Below the pieces are notes generated by a model. It did no database searches. It was not told the origin of the DNA and worked only from the letters and a program-made list of their open reading frames with translations. 64,000 nucleotides of DNA from Epiperipatus broadwayi. Taxonomy: Eukaryota; Animalia; Onychophora. The position numbers and the translations under genes are program-made. The DNA lies in contig JAQFVV010000002.1 in NCBI GenBank assembly GCA_028023455.1, forward strand, positions 30,442,001-30,506,000, in the 5' to 3' direction. Each line of letters starts with the position of its first letter. Within the stretch, counting starts at the first letter, position 1. Of the stretch, positions 1 through 13,305 are shown one piece after another.

Positions 1-2400
1 CCTGTAAGTAGTCCATGAATTTCTGTGAAATGAAGCCAGTTCCATTAACCATTACTATTATCTTCAGATAACCATATGTAGAAAAAATTTCCTTCCAGCA
101 CTTTTATGAAAGATTCCACACTTGTGTTTTTCACTATTCTATATTCTGTCCAAAGAGGGAATGAATCAGCTAATATTAAAATTATATATCCATGTTACGT
201 TCTGTATGATCTAAATGGAGATGTTTTGAAGGGATTGTGAATTTAATCCAAGTTTCAAGATGTTTAGGTGGCAATTTGCTGACAATCTGTACATTTTTTC
301 ATCATCTGTTTGTCATCATGTCAGATGTATCCACCAAATGTATGATCGAGACAAATGTTCATAAATATGATTCCAGGATAACCTTAATGACGAAGATCTA
401 ACAAGTGCTGCCTACCTTTAGATGGAAAGAATATGCCATATATCATTAGAATACTTCCACGGAAAACTGAAAGGGTATATCGCATGTTCCACATAAGTTC
501 TACAATTTCCAAAGGATGTTTTAAATTAGCCATATTTTATCCATTTGGATATATCACTTGTCCTGTCTAGTTCATTCAGCTATAACTGAACTATTAAGTG
601 CCATGAAATTTAATATAATTATATATTTGATTTCACTAATGCCATATTCTTTTGTTATTAGGTAGCTATGATACAGCATCAGAAAATCCCATTTATCTTT
701 CCATCTTACAAACTAATTCATAATTATAGCACAGCAAAATCATAACATGCATTGGTTTACATGTTCAAGAATTTTTTCCCGGTATCAAATATTCCTATTT
801 TAGTGATGATTTGTGTAGATTTGGAATTTTTGTTCATAGGTATATTGATGGGATTTCTTAATGGCAAAAATAACTGCTAAGATTTCTTAATCAATCTACC
901 TGTAATTTTTTTTCCGCCTGACTCTTGAGACTGGCTATCAGACATTCACCTCCATAACACTGAATGGAAATGACAGCTCCAACACCATATTCTGATGCAT
1001 CAGTCGTAATAATAACATATGGATCACTGTAGTTAGTGTACCAACAATTTATTATGATGTTAAAAGATCTTTGGCTTCTTGAAGAGCTAAATCCTGTTAA
1101 CTAGTCTATGTCCAACATTGTTGATACAGAGTGATAACAGATGTTACTATGCTTTTAAAAAGCTTTTATAGAAGTACAATAATCCTTGAAAAGCTTATAA
1201 TTCTTTTACATTTTTTGGTCCCTCAATATTTTTTAATATATTTATTTTGTCTGAATTAGGATATTTATTATTTACATTATGTCTGGGAAACTTTATTTCC
1301 TTAATAGACCAAAAATGCATTTTTCAATATTTATATTAGCTTTTACTTTTTCCAACCTTGAGCAGATTATATCTGCACTTTTCTAACTCTGGCCGTCTTA
1401 GCAATGACCAAGACATCATCCAAATAGGGGATAATGATATCCAGAGATTTAAAAAGTATCCACTTTTATCTGAAAAATATTCAGCAATACTGTAATACCA
1501 TATAACAATTTATTGCACTTATACAGACTCCTATGCTTTATTAATGTTAACATTTCCACTGTTTTTTCAGTCACAGGAATCTGGTGGAATGCAGTGTTAA
1601 GACTTATCTTTGAGAAAAAAGCAGCTTTTTGTAACACTGCTAGTAGTTTGCATACATTCGGAACAAGAACTTTTATTGATATATTTAATGTGAATCAATA
1701 ATCTTTGCACAATCTTAGATTTCTATCTGGTTTCATTATAGTAACTACAGGACAAATCTTCTGTCAGCATTAAGATTTCCTCAGAAACCATTTTATTGAA
1801 TGTTTTCTCAAATTTCTCTTATTGAGTGTTTTCTTGAATTTCTCTTTCAAGGCAAATGGAACCCTTCCAGATTTACAAATATTAGCTTGCACATCTTTAA
1901 TTCCATGTTGACTGATCATGTTCTTAGATCTGCCGATTCAGACTTGAACATCCGCAATGGAGTTTGACACGGATTCCTAAAGTTGCAAACCAGTTCCTCC
2001 CTAATAACTGACTAAATTCTTTATTTATTATATATAACATGAGAAATTTTATCTTCAAATTTAATTTTACGGGTATTATTACTTTTCCATGTCTGTCAAT
2101 TTTATTTCCATTAATATCTGTAGCAATAATGTTCATATTCACAACAGCAGACCTTTTACTATATTTTTCATTGTCTTTACAAGATATCAAAGATAGGCCT
2201 GCTGACTGTCCACCTCCATCATTATTACATTTTGGACACAAATATCCACGTCCAGTAATATGAGGTCCATTTTAATATCATTAAACTTCTTTATATGTTG
2301 GTACTTTCACTAATTCTCTTCCAGATTTCACTCTCTTCCAGATTTGTAGTCTATCTGCTTATTTTTCACACTGAGCTCCTTAAAATGACAGATTGATACT
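1..2400 (-). mobile_element. Degraded Ty3/Gypsy LTR retrotransposon gag-pol remnant (protease-RT-RNase H-integrase order), running off the window start
   Basis: Minus-strand fragments: LLGRNW protease C-terminus (ORF 1924-2241); FSKISLNTAFHQIP RT motif (ORF 1449-1637); PYLDDVLVIA at ~1400-1430; DASEYGVGAV RNase H at ~965-995; HHCC-like integrase zinc finger at ~270-400; integrase-core-like segment YGYLKIIV..NGTGF at ~30-90. Many stops and frameshifts. Confidence 0.85.
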
Positions 2401-3089
2401 AAGCATCCTTTTTCATACGGTTGCTACATATTTTATTTTTGTTTGCAATCTTTTTGCAAATGTCGAGATTTACAGCAATACTAACACATTTCTCCATATT
2501 TCTCTCTACTGGGGTTTAAAGCATTATTTCTTGATTTTTGTACTGTGAGAGAGATTTTTTTCTATTACAGCAATATGAATTCTGATGTTTTATTCAGCAT
2601 GGTTTCCTGCATGGCACATCTATCCAAGACCCCTTTATGATTTAGATCAGGTTCGTTTAACAACAATTTCATAAAATTAGAGTTTATCATACCTTTGAAA
2701 AATTGTTGTAGCGACACGTCATTAATTTCAGGGTCAACTCTCAATACTTCAATAAATTTCTTAATGCCAAATCATAGGCATGATATTTCTCATGAGATAG
2801 TTGTTTTCCATTTTGCAACCTCAGCCATGCTACCCATTTTCATATACCCGGAGTAAACTATCCATTTAATTTCCCAATAACTTTTGTAACATTTACGTAT
2901 AAATTCAGCACTTATTTATAAAACTAAAAGACATTTAAAAAAAAGATTTTATTTAAATAATGCTTTTATGTAAACAGTTGACTAAAAATTAGAAATATAA
3001 CAAAGTAATCCAACTAAAAAATGTGTCATTTCATAAACGCACGAGGCCATAAAAATAAAAAAAAGCCTCAAATGCTTTTATTAACGGCA

Positions 3090-3770
3090 TGTTTTTTAGT
3101 CAGATTATTTTATTTTTCTATGAAATCTCAGTATCTATATTATCTTACGTCTTTTCCCTGAAGGCATACTTTTTTAATCACTTTTTCAATATAAGTATTT
3201 CCTCTCACAATCATATACCAAAAGTTCCAAAATCAATTTCAAAAATTTCCTCAATACTTTAAGACATCAATCTACTATATACCTCGACGTTAAATTATTG
3301 TGTCAACATTTTTTTTCATCCCTTTTTTCTTGCCATTTTGTTAGTCATCCGCAATAAACTTTAAATAGACATTTCATCAGCAAAAATGTTGATACTATCT
3401 TATCAAATCAATAATCATTCAATAAATCATCTTAACATGAAACAGAACAGAACATAAATAACTATTTTATTCTTCAAATAGCGACTATTTCTTTCAAATT
3501 TTTAATAATCATTTCCCTCCCAATCTGCACCTTGCCAAAAGAATCAATGAAATAATCCAATTCACTCTACTGATAAAACATGAACTTACTTTCCTCTTTT
3601 TACATTTGTTTCAATAGTAGTTCTAAATACTTCAATCACATCTACTGTCCTTTACTATTTCTGAATCCAAAGTACTCCTTTAATAAAAATAATGACATGG
3701 CTTTATTGCTCAGGCATTCATAAAAAGTTTGAGCACCGAAAACTACACAGCTAGGCCATGCCAAACATGA
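3090..3770 (-). mobile_element. Highly degraded non-LTR (LINE) reverse transcriptase remnant
   Basis: Minus-strand FIADD-like motif at ~3342-3360 and an EYFGFRK-like segment at ~3655-3680. Clade not assignable. Confidence 0.5.
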
Positions 3771-3957
3771 ATTCCATTATTTTACCAATGCACTAAACTA
3801 TGTAGGACAAAAAAAAAATCATTACTAGCTTTGAATTAGACATAAATCTAATACTTTTAAAAATTCATCGTAATTGCAGGTAACATTTATGTAAATTTTA
3901 AAACTGTATCCTTTCAGTAATCTCTAATAAAATCAGACATTGAAAAAATATAATAGC

Positions 3958-4110
3958 AAGGAAATCAAGTCATATATCATGTGACTTAATTTAATAAGCT
4001 TGTACTACAAATGTACACTGACGACAGCCAACAGCTAGAAACCAGTCTGGGGGATAGGGATATTCGGAAAAGCTTATTAAAAGCTATTCACGCTCATTGT
4101 ATAACATGAA
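3958..4110 (+). mobile_element. HHR-bearing repeat family B, partial copy
   Basis: CTGACGA-CAGC-CAACA-GCTA-GAAA-CCAG-TC-TGGGG at 4018-4052. Flanks match copies at 24130-24540 and 49395-49875. Confidence 0.75.
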
Positions 4111-5164
4111 AATATATACTCGCAATCCTTCTGAAACAGAATTATTTACATTACAAATATAGATGATTTTCTCCATTACCCTTAACCACTTTTAATTCAT
4201 TTGGAATCACCAATTCACTGTTTTGTCAATTTACATCTCAACTAAGGATTTTATAATCCTTTTCTTATCACACAATATATCTGATTACATTTTTTGACTA
4301 ACAAAGACTTATCGCAAATATTCTTCTCATTTTTTTAACTTATCACCTTCTACTAATAGCTTTCCATTTTTCGCTTCAACAAATGCCTCATTCCTGTCAC
4401 TCCATTTTTCCAATTCTGTTTTGTTCTATAATAAATCAAGTTTTTTTTCTTTGTAATTTTCTTCTATCCCCTTTATTCTCTTTTTGATATTTAATTAGCT
4501 TTATTTATTTTATATTTCTATTCATGCTGAACTTTGAATGCATGTTTTAGTCTTCTTCAGTATTCAGTTTTTTTTACCCATTTTCTTCTCTCTGTTAATG
4601 ACTTCATTGTTAATCAAAAACCTTTTTTTTTAAATTTATTAAAACTTTTTCCAACTTATTAAAAGCATCTCACAAATGGTCAAAACTTATTCTAGAAACA
4701 AGTATGCTAAAAACAAACACACAAAATAAAAAAATTAAGTATTTGATAATATTGTCTTACAAGGGCTGGATATTTAAAAACAACAACAAAAGATTGCTAA
4801 GTAAAGACTTCTATAAAAGAATTGCAAAGAAAAAGATAATGGAATAGAAATGGAATATACAGTATGTGTCAAATCAACATTTTAAGAATGATGAAAAATA
4901 ATAACTCACAAACAACAAAGAACTACTGAACTAAGTTCAAAATAACACTAACAATGATAGTTTCTGCACAAAAAGTTAAGAGATCTATCATAGGATGAGG
5001 AGAGAGTAAAAAAAAAAAAATTAGGACAAATCATTCTATTTCGGAAAGCAACAAAGAACATTCAATTAAAGTACATCATTGTGACATAAAAACACTATTT
5101 AAATAGTTAAATTTGGGCTTTGTATAAAAGCTATGAGAAATGGGGGGGGGGGTAATATTGTTCA

Positions 5165-5320
5165 TTTATAAAAATATTATTAAGTGGATAATCTCTAATC
5201 CAATGAATGACTAATAAAAATTATTAATATATTTCCATTAAGTGGTTTATATCAAACTTGTGAGGGTGATAAATTTGACACTTATCAATTAAACTGCAGT
5301 GAGGAGGGGAGGACAATGTT
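5165..5320 (+). mobile_element. Repeat family E fragment (no HHR part)
   Basis: aagtggataatctcta..aatgaatgactaataaaa..aatttgacacttatcaatt matches the reverse complement of 45120-45235 and copies at 51110-51230 and 51870-51990. Confidence 0.65.
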
Positions 5321-6454
5321 TGCAAATCTATTTGGCAATAGAAAAGATAATATAATGAAATAATTAGACAAGTTAACATTCAATATAAATAATTTGAGAG
5401 AATTTTTTAAAAATCGGAGAATTAAAACTTATATTAGAAATGATGAAACTACAGTTTGTAGACAATACATGATTAGATTTGGGAGAATTAAATTTTACTA
5501 AATTTCCACTGCCTAATGAATTTCTTTTGTTTTGAGGTCAACATAATAAAATCTAGATTTCCTATGGCTGAACAAGGCAGAATAAAATTAATACTGAAAA
5601 AAAAATTAAGAATGTACAAGTATTAGCAGTGGTCATAATAATAAGACCATTTACATGGGAGAAAAAATTCCAATCTTATAAGTCAAGTAATAATTATAAG
5701 AAGAGATATTGGAAAAAACTTTATTCACTCAAAAATGAAAGAAACAAAAAAAAAAAAACGAGAGAGATTCCTTTAATAAATTCAAACATTAGACAATTTA
5801 ATTGTTAAATGACTTGTGGCAGATTGAATTGAAAACCTAGTATATATATATAGATTCTTCAAATTTCTGGATGAGTTCCACCTTTACTTCTTGGGATTGT
5901 TGACCTTTTTAGAAATTTTTCTGAAAACCAAGCATTAAATACAGCCAATAAAATTTTTTTAAAAACTATTTGGTTTAAATATATAATATATAAAATTAAA
6001 AGCGTGTGAAGAGCTTGAAAGAGAAGCTATATAAACAAATTATTATCATATGACCCCCCCCCCCGTGCTTTTTTTCCCTTTGGTTTATCTTAATAAGTTA
6101 TAACTGAAATACAGGCTTATTATATACCTGTATCAATATATGTAATATATAGGGTATGGAAAATGAAACTAATAAACCAATGACTGATCTTGTGAATATT
6201 TCAATGATTAGAAAATTTGATCATGTTTCTATTTTTAATAAGACTTATGACCACAAACAAATCCATCCTATTTATTTTCTATTGCAAAAATAATAATCTC
6301 TCAGCTCATCTTTAAAAAAAAAAGATTTAAAAACATTCTGTTTATAAATAATTATAGCACAATAAAAACATCCTTAAGAATATGTGGATCTAAACATCCC
6401 ACATAAACAGGTATTATGAACACCACTGAAATAATTAAGAGACTGAGTTGTCAA

Positions 6455-6665
6455 TAGATAGACAGTTAAAATTTTAAACTGGATCCAAGAAATTGCAAAA
6501 GACCTAGAAAGAGACCACATGTGAGATGGATAGATGAAAAAATAAGGAGACTTGCTGGAGTGATGTGAAGAAGGAAGGTGGCTAGAAATCGGAGAAACTG
6601 GATTAAATTTGGAGAGACCTTCTTCCTGCAATGGATCCTTAATATTCGAAAATGATGATGATATC
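6455..6665 (+). mobile_element. RTE-clade LINE 3' end fragment with (GAT)n tail
   Basis: Matches 48220-48407 (ccacatgtgagatggat..ggagagaccttc..cctgca.tggat) and ends in gatgatgat. Confidence 0.85.
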
Positions 6666-7653
6666 ATTAAAAAATAATTTACCTTGTAACATATCAGATA
6701 AATTGATATATTATCTTCATATTTTGTGGACTTTTTTTTTCTTTAAAGAAAAAAATCAATATTAGGCAGGAATAAAATGAAAAATATTTTTTTATTATTA
6801 TTATTGTTCTCTTCAGCTTGAATGCTTCCATATAAAATAATAGGATATAAAACGTCTTTATTCAAATTGAATATAAATTTTTAAATAATATAAATATATA
6901 TGTGTATAAAAGCAATTAACATTATATCTAATAGAACAATGCCTTTTATTTGTTGAAATAAATTTTTCCGAGACGATTAATGTTTCTAGATTATAAAATA
7001 GTTTATATTTTCGCATTATAAATAACCAAATGTCTTTTGATTTATTGATTGTTTTTAAAAATAAAATGTTATATATAGATCATTCCCATTAAGTATCAAT
7101 CTTTTTAAAAATGTTTAAAAATAAATAAATATATATATTTTTTAAAAATATTTTGCAAAAATTTCAAAATATTTCTCCAAATATTTTTATCAAAATCTTT
7201 AAGATTTCACATCTTTTAAAAAGATCCTACTTTTAAAATAAGTAGGCTTTTCTAAAAAATTAAGTTTCAGTTTCTGTTATCATTTTATCCACCTATTTAC
7301 AACTACGACTTCATAATCTACAAGTTTATACTTAGTCCAACTTTTTTTTCTTAATTATTTCAGTAAATTTCATTTGCTCACTTTTTCCAAAACCTCAAAT
7401 ACATTCACAAAACCAGTCCTAATTCTCAGTATTTGTAACCCAAAGTCTAAGCTACATTTCTTCTTGAAAAAACAATTTTCTATAAACAACTATACTCATA
7501 AATAACTTAGAAAATTTGTTAAACTTTTGCGATAAAGCTCTAGAATTGAAAAGCCAGAAAATAAACTACATCAAAAAGTGATAAGTAATGGCAAATTACC
7601 ACTGCCAATAATCAAAAGTTTTGACTTACATCATAGTACATTATTGTTTAGAT

Positions 7654-7948
7654 CAGGGATAGTCAACCTTTTTATACCTACCGCCCACTTTTGTATCTCT
7701 GTTAGTAGTAAAATTTTGTAGCTGTCCACCGATTCCACAGTAATAGTGGTTTATAAAATAGGGAAGTAACTTTATAAAATTTATAAAACAGAGTTACAGC
7801 AAGCTAAAGCATATAAATCTCTATGAAATTTTTTTAAAAAGTCAATTAAAAAAAAAGTGCTACAGTGTCAGACAAAACCCCTACTGCCCACACCATGAAG
7901 GCTGGAACGCCCACTAGTGGGCAGTAGAGACCAGGTTGACTACCACTG
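7654..7948. mobile_element. hAT-superfamily MITE
   Basis: 15-bp TIRs CAGGGATAGTCAACC / GGTTGACTACCACTG (13/15 match); 8-bp TSD gtttagat (7646-7653) / gtctagat (7949-7956). Confidence 0.9.
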
Positions 7949-8159
7949 GTCTAGATCCTTGATCTGCCTTTGGACAATGAACATAAACAGCGTAAGCTAA
8001 TGAAACAATGCCAGGTTCTCTGTCCAAACTTCTTACAGTTCTATCTTTGCAAGTGTTATGTAATGACATAGTTGGTTATTCATCACAAAAATTTTAAGAC
8101 CCTAGCATATCCAAAGCATGAGTTACGATATGAAATGTGATAGTGTGCTTCATATCTTA

Positions 8160-8350
8160 TTTTACAATAGAACCATAAGCGTATACGTATTAAATTTTTA
8201 TTTCAATCAGGCAAAAATGCTGCTGAAATATTTGAAATGATCCAAACCATGTATGATAATGAAGCCATGAATGGTGAAACATTTTCAAATGTTTATCCAG
8301 GATTTGTGATGGCAGAAAAAACACGGGAAATGACCTAGGCGGGTACTAAA
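8160..8350 (+). mobile_element. Mariner transposase N-terminal HTH remnant
   Basis: Frameshifted translation resembling RIKFYF.SGKNAAEIFEMIQTMYDNEAM, like the mariner IKFCFKLGKSA.ETFEML...YG.EAM pattern. Confidence 0.6.
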
Positions 8351-8808
8351 TATGTCCCATTTCATGTTGCAACCATGATCGAGATATATTAGTATCTTAA
8401 AATTATTGTATTGAATAGCTAAACTTTAAAATAAATAATAAGGCATATGGCCATATTGTTCAGGAGTTCAGAAAAAATTTGAGCACCAGAATCGATCCTG
8501 AAATCTCCTGATCCCAAATTGGATGCTCTACAAACTACATCAAACTACGCAGGCAGCTAAACTATGTTACTATATAACAGATGCATTGATTTAGAGATGG
8601 AACCGTAGGCAACTTGAAAGAGAGCCAGACATCTTTCCATTGAAATATACTGTGTACAATCACTAAAAAAACTTTCATTTTTATTACCTTCCAAATTAGC
8701 GAGTTTAAAAAAATAGCAATCTTCCAGCTTATTAATAATTAAAACTTTTTAATAAATATTATCATTTCACATACATATCTTTAATTTTATAAAATGTCTT
8801 TTTGTGTA

Positions 8809-9977
8809 CACCTGGGTCTCGTTTTACGCAATAGATAGGTTCCTCAGAAAACACGCGCAAACGAAATCGCGCAAAACTAGACGTAACTTACATTGAAAAA
8901 GGGGGATGCGGTCTGTGATTTTTCAAAATTCGCGTAAAAGCAAAGCACCAACGTAAAATTACTTTAAAATTCGCGCAAAAAAAAAAAAAATAAGGAAATA
9001 AAATATGGCTAATAAAAAATTTCAAATTTGAAAAAAATTGATACAAGACAAACTTTTTTTAACTATAATATTTAATTTTATTCAAAATAATATATTTTTA
9101 TGCATAATTTACAGTACAGTAATTTACATTTTTTTTATACACGTTTTAATTATTAACGCTATTTGCCGATAAACAGGTTCATTTGCAAACTGGTAAAGAT
9201 TCTTCACAAGAGGAACTATAACTAGCACCAACTTCACTCTCATTTTGTTGTTTTAATGGGTTTCTAGTGACAACGTAATTAGTAATTAATCTTTGAGACG
9301 ATGATTTTATTAATTGTTTATGAAGCTCGCGATATCCAGACATACAACCATTTAGCTCTCATTGGAATTTAAGAGCACGTTCGTGATTAGTGTCATTAGT
9401 AAGAAAATAATTTGCCAACTGATTAGAAAGTTGAAGACCTTCTCAAATCATTTTGGAAGTGAAAGGAACAGGTTCCACTTCTGTTTCATTATCTTTTTCT
9501 ACATTTTCTTCTGTATCTAAACTTTTATTTTTGTCTTTAATTTTTTTAATTTTCAATTCCGTTTAAAAATCAAATTTCGTTTCACTGCTATTACTCACCT
9601 TTTAAAAATAAACTTGCAGACACTAAATGATTAATAATTGATTAAACGTTCTTTTTTAAAAAGCAAAAACAGAATGTGATTTAAAATGCAAAATTAACAC
9701 GCACAATGTTTGAACAAATTTACATTATAATCTTGTAAAATTTAATGTGTGTATACATAAAATGTGGAAATCATGATTTTAATTTCATTATTGCATAAAA
9801 TCTTACTATTATAAAGCACTGAAAATATTGAAATTACTAAGATGAAAGTCGAATTCCAATAATGTGCTATTACTTTCAATATAATGTAAGTGCGCGAAAG
9901 TTCGACTTCCGGTGAAACATGAATCGTGTAACTTCAAAATCGTGTTAATTAAGTCCGCGTAAAAAGAGACCCAGGTG
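8809..9977 (-). mobile_element. pogo/Tigger-like non-autonomous DNA transposon
   Basis: TA TSD at 8807-8808 and 9978-9979; TIRs CACCTGGGTCTCGTTTTACGC / GCGTAAAAAAGAGACCCAGGTG; internal minus-strand C-terminal transposase-like remnant (HERALKFQ*ELNGCMSGYRELHKQL). Confidence 0.85.
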
Positions 9978-10149
9978 TATTTAATATCACCTCTGATTTA
10001 TTATAAACTACTTATTTATTTATAAAGTGTTTTAATTTTCTTATAAACTTTATTCAGTGCAGTGATAGTATGTAATTTTAAACAGTAAAGATTTACACCC
10101 TATGGACAAGCATTGTAATGATGTTATAACTCAACAATATTTTATTGAA

Positions 10150-10362
10150 TAGAGGATACTCTCAAACCAAAGCACAAGATAGAGATGTTTGAACAAATGA
10201 GAGTTTTGTACCCAAATTCAATTATGTAGGCTAACATCTTCACACTATCAAACTAAGATGCTTTAGCTTGGCCTATACAATTGAATTCAGATAGAAAAGA
10301 TAAAGTGACAGCTCTTATCTTTTCAAATATCTCTATCTTGTGCTTTGGTTTGAGAATATCCT
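10150..10362. repeat. Foldback (imperfect inverted repeat) element, no HHR core recognised
   Basis: ggatactctcaaaccaaagcacaagatagagat (~10154-10186) is the reverse complement of atctctatcttgtgctttggtttgagaatatcc (~10329-10361); inner arms aattcaatt..taggc / gcctata..aattgaatt. Confidence 0.75.
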
Positions 10363-10364
10363 TA

Positions 10365-10654
10365 GTTAACAAAAAAAAAAAAATTTTTTGCCCCCCCCCA
10401 AGTAAAGAAAAATGAAGGGAGGAAGGGAGGGTGTCTTCTCCCTCTACTCCCCCTCTCCCCTCTCCCCTCTCTTGTTTGTGTGGTGGGGGGTTTGTGTGTG
10501 TGGGGGAGGAGAGGTGGGAGTGATCATTTTTTTTTATCTAACCACCCCCCACAAGCAAAAAACTAGGTTGGGAAAGATGGGGGGTATATGTAAGTTTTTG
10601 GGGATTTATGTTTAATTTTTTTGTTTTTTTGTTTTTTTTTTTTTTTTTGGGGTT

Positions 10655-10689
<35 letters not shown>

Positions 10690-10705
10690 TAAAAAAAGTT
10701 TAAAA
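10365..10705. other. Homopolymer-rich low-complexity tract, probable sequencing or assembly artefact
   Basis: Runs of A, T, C and G with no periodicity, flanked by a duplicated gtgctttggtttgagaatatcc (~10340 and ~10707). Confidence 0.6.
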
Positions 10706-10949
10706 GTGCTTTGGTTTGAGAATATCCTCTGTACTTAAAACATCACTAGGTATTATAATATCATTATAGCACATGTGCATAGGGCGTAAATCACTACTGT
10801 TTAAAATGATAAACTGTTTAATAATGACGCTAACGACTTTCTTAAATTCAACCACACTAAATGCAATTATCAGCAACTTCTGGAGTATTTATTTAACACC
10901 TATTGCAAATAAAAAATTGTCAGAAAATCATAAGAAGTTCGAGTAATGA

Positions 10950-11025
10950 AAGGGCTCCTGGAATCGAAGCAAGGATCTTTTACTCCAGAGTCTAACATTC
11001 AACCACTGCAATAATCCATGCAGGG
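10950..11025 (-). mobile_element. tRNA-derived SINE head (degraded)
   Basis: Minus strand ggattattgcagtggttgaatgttagact..gcttcgattcc gives A/B-box-like motifs; a similar head lies at 18445-18505 (+). Confidence 0.5.
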
Positions 11026-11480
11026 CAAATAAATTGTAATCGGAAATTGGCTGATGCTTACACTCCTGGATTGATTGTCTTTGGGGAAACCCAAATTTTG
11101 TAATATTAAGATACTTTTGACTCTATAAATTCCATAATAATCATTCCAATTCCCAATAATCTAACTCTAACAACGTACACTACGATTACAAAACCATATA
11201 TTGAAAGGATTACTCTATGCGATAAAGATTTGATTAATTACAATCATGAGATTAACAATATTATTATGCAGAGCGTAAAAATCATAATGGCAAAACTATT
11301 CTCATTGAAAAGTTTTCAGATGTTGGTGAGATGTTAAAAAAAAACGTCTATGACAAAATTCAACTTGAATAAGATAAATAATATTGTCCAATTTTGCAAA
11401 AAGAATTACTTTATAGAATAGTATTATGAAGAAATGCATTTAAACATACTCTATTAACTTATTATTTAACTATGATATAA

Positions 11481-11676
11481 GATCACAAGATCACCATTTC
11501 TTATGCTTGCTTATAACTATTATTAAAACAGGCAAAACTCTCCATACAGTATTGCCACTTAGTGTAAGCCAGATGCCAGAAGGCTTGTGCATAAAATCCC
11601 CATCTTGTGCCTACTCAGCCAATATCCCCAGACTAGTTTCTGGCTTGAGGCCATCGTCAATGAGGTACCTTGGATC
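11481..11676 (-). mobile_element. HHR-bearing repeat family A, partial copy
   Basis: Minus strand CCTCA-TTGACGA-TGGC-CTCAA-GCCA-GAAA-CTAG-TC-TGGGG (11626-11665). Body matches 53655-53900 and other copies. Confidence 0.85.
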
Positions 11677-12429
11677 CTATGATGTAAGATGTTAAATTAT
11701 TGCTAAATTCTAAATTGTGAACTATGATAACCTAAAGCTTATAGGATTTTCAAGATGTTCCTCTTTATGAGTTATACCAAATCTCAAACTATTAAGCACA
11801 AATTAGAAAAGGCTCGAATCTTTAAGCAATTTCGCTTGTTTTATTTCAAAGTGTGAAAGATAAAACCCAGTTATTAAATATGATGCTCGCATGGAATGAA
11901 TGTATGCTATCTTTCACGCTTTGCAATAAAACAATTGAAACCTACTTAATATAAATAAAATTCAAGCTTTTGGCTATATTATGGTTAATGATATTGGATT
12001 ATGAAATACATTTGATGGAGTTCTCTCAAAACTTTCCCTGAGAATCTTGTAAAATTATACATTACGATACAGAATTGGGCTATTATATAACATCTTATCT
12101 CTAAATTAAGAAAGATAAAAGATGATACTTAAATTTCCTAATATAAAATATAGCTTTATAAGATATAACCCATTATATATACAGTAAAAAATGAACTGAA
12201 ATATTTTAAATATTATATAAATAACAAAGAACAACAACAAAAGATTATGAGTTGAAATGAAGGTGAAGGATCAACACCCAATCATCATCATCATCATGAT
12301 TTACAAATACAAACAGAAAAAAAAAAATGGGAATATTTTGATGTTTTCCTATCTAGAGCAACTCTGGCCCTCAAAAGGCTGCAATATGGCTGCATACATT
12401 TTCAAAATCCGTATAGTAAAACAGACTTC

Positions 12430-13305
12430 AATAGTTGTATTTTTATATTGGACTATTTCCATTGTCTAATATGTGTATCGAATGTCTTTAGAAAAATTTA
12501 ACTTTATTTAAATATCCCAAATACATTCAACTATTAGTAATAGCACATCAAACAGATTAGTATATGCATAATGTTTTGAGATATTATTCTCCCCTTTTCT
12601 TCAGATTTTGCTGCCCTGGCCAATGACAGTACTAGCATGGGATTCGTACCTGGATCCCTAGATTCTTGATTATTGAATTTTAAGATAATGCTCTAACCAA
12701 CTGAGCCATCCTGCCAAAGGCAACAATCAGTAGAAATTTCATATACTTATCTATGAGGTTCCTCCTGATTTCTCCACTTTTTCCTAAGAGCAATGTTGAT
12801 TAGTAGTTTTAAGCCAATAAACATCACATGATCACCATTTCTGATTTTTGATTAGTAGTTTCCATACATTATGTATAGTCACACTAGATTGGTTTATGGG
12901 ATTATTTTGCCATTGGCATGTGTGTCTATACCTAATGTATGGAAATCACTAATCAACTTTGCTCTTAGGAAAAAGTGGAGAAATCAGGAGGAACCTCATA
13001 GATAAGTATATGAAATTTCTAATGACTGTTGCCTTTGGCAGGATGGCTCAGTTGGTTAGAGCGTAATCAAAAATTTAAGGATCCAGATTCAAATCCCATG
13101 CTAGTACTGTCATTGGTCAGGCCAGCAACACCTGAAGAAGAGGGAAGAATGATACCTCTCAAAACATTATGCATATACTAACCTGTTGGATGTGCTATTA
13201 CTAACAGTTGAATGTATTTGGAATATTTAAATAAAGTTAGTTTTCTAAAGACATTCAATACACACATTAGATGATGGAAATAGTCCAATATAAAAATACA
13301 ACTAG
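12430..13305. mobile_element. Large foldback element (~370-bp arms) containing a tRNA-like Pol III head and an HHR-like core
   Basis: 12430-12805 is the reverse complement of ~12945-13305; A box tggctcagttgg 13044-13055; B box gattcaaatcc 13086-13096 (left arm gives ggtacgaatcc); CTGAAGA at 13132-13138. Confidence 0.85.
12810..12847 (-). mobile_element. Extreme 3' tip of family A inserted with a 14-bp TSD
   Basis: aagccaataaacatcacatgatcaccatttct flanked by ttgattagtagttt at 12796-12809 and 12848-12861. Confidence 0.8.

Noticed and set aside
13037-13100. Genuine tRNA gene
   Set aside because: A and B boxes are present but there is no anticodon arm or acceptor stem, and it is duplicated within a foldback; treated as SINE-like.
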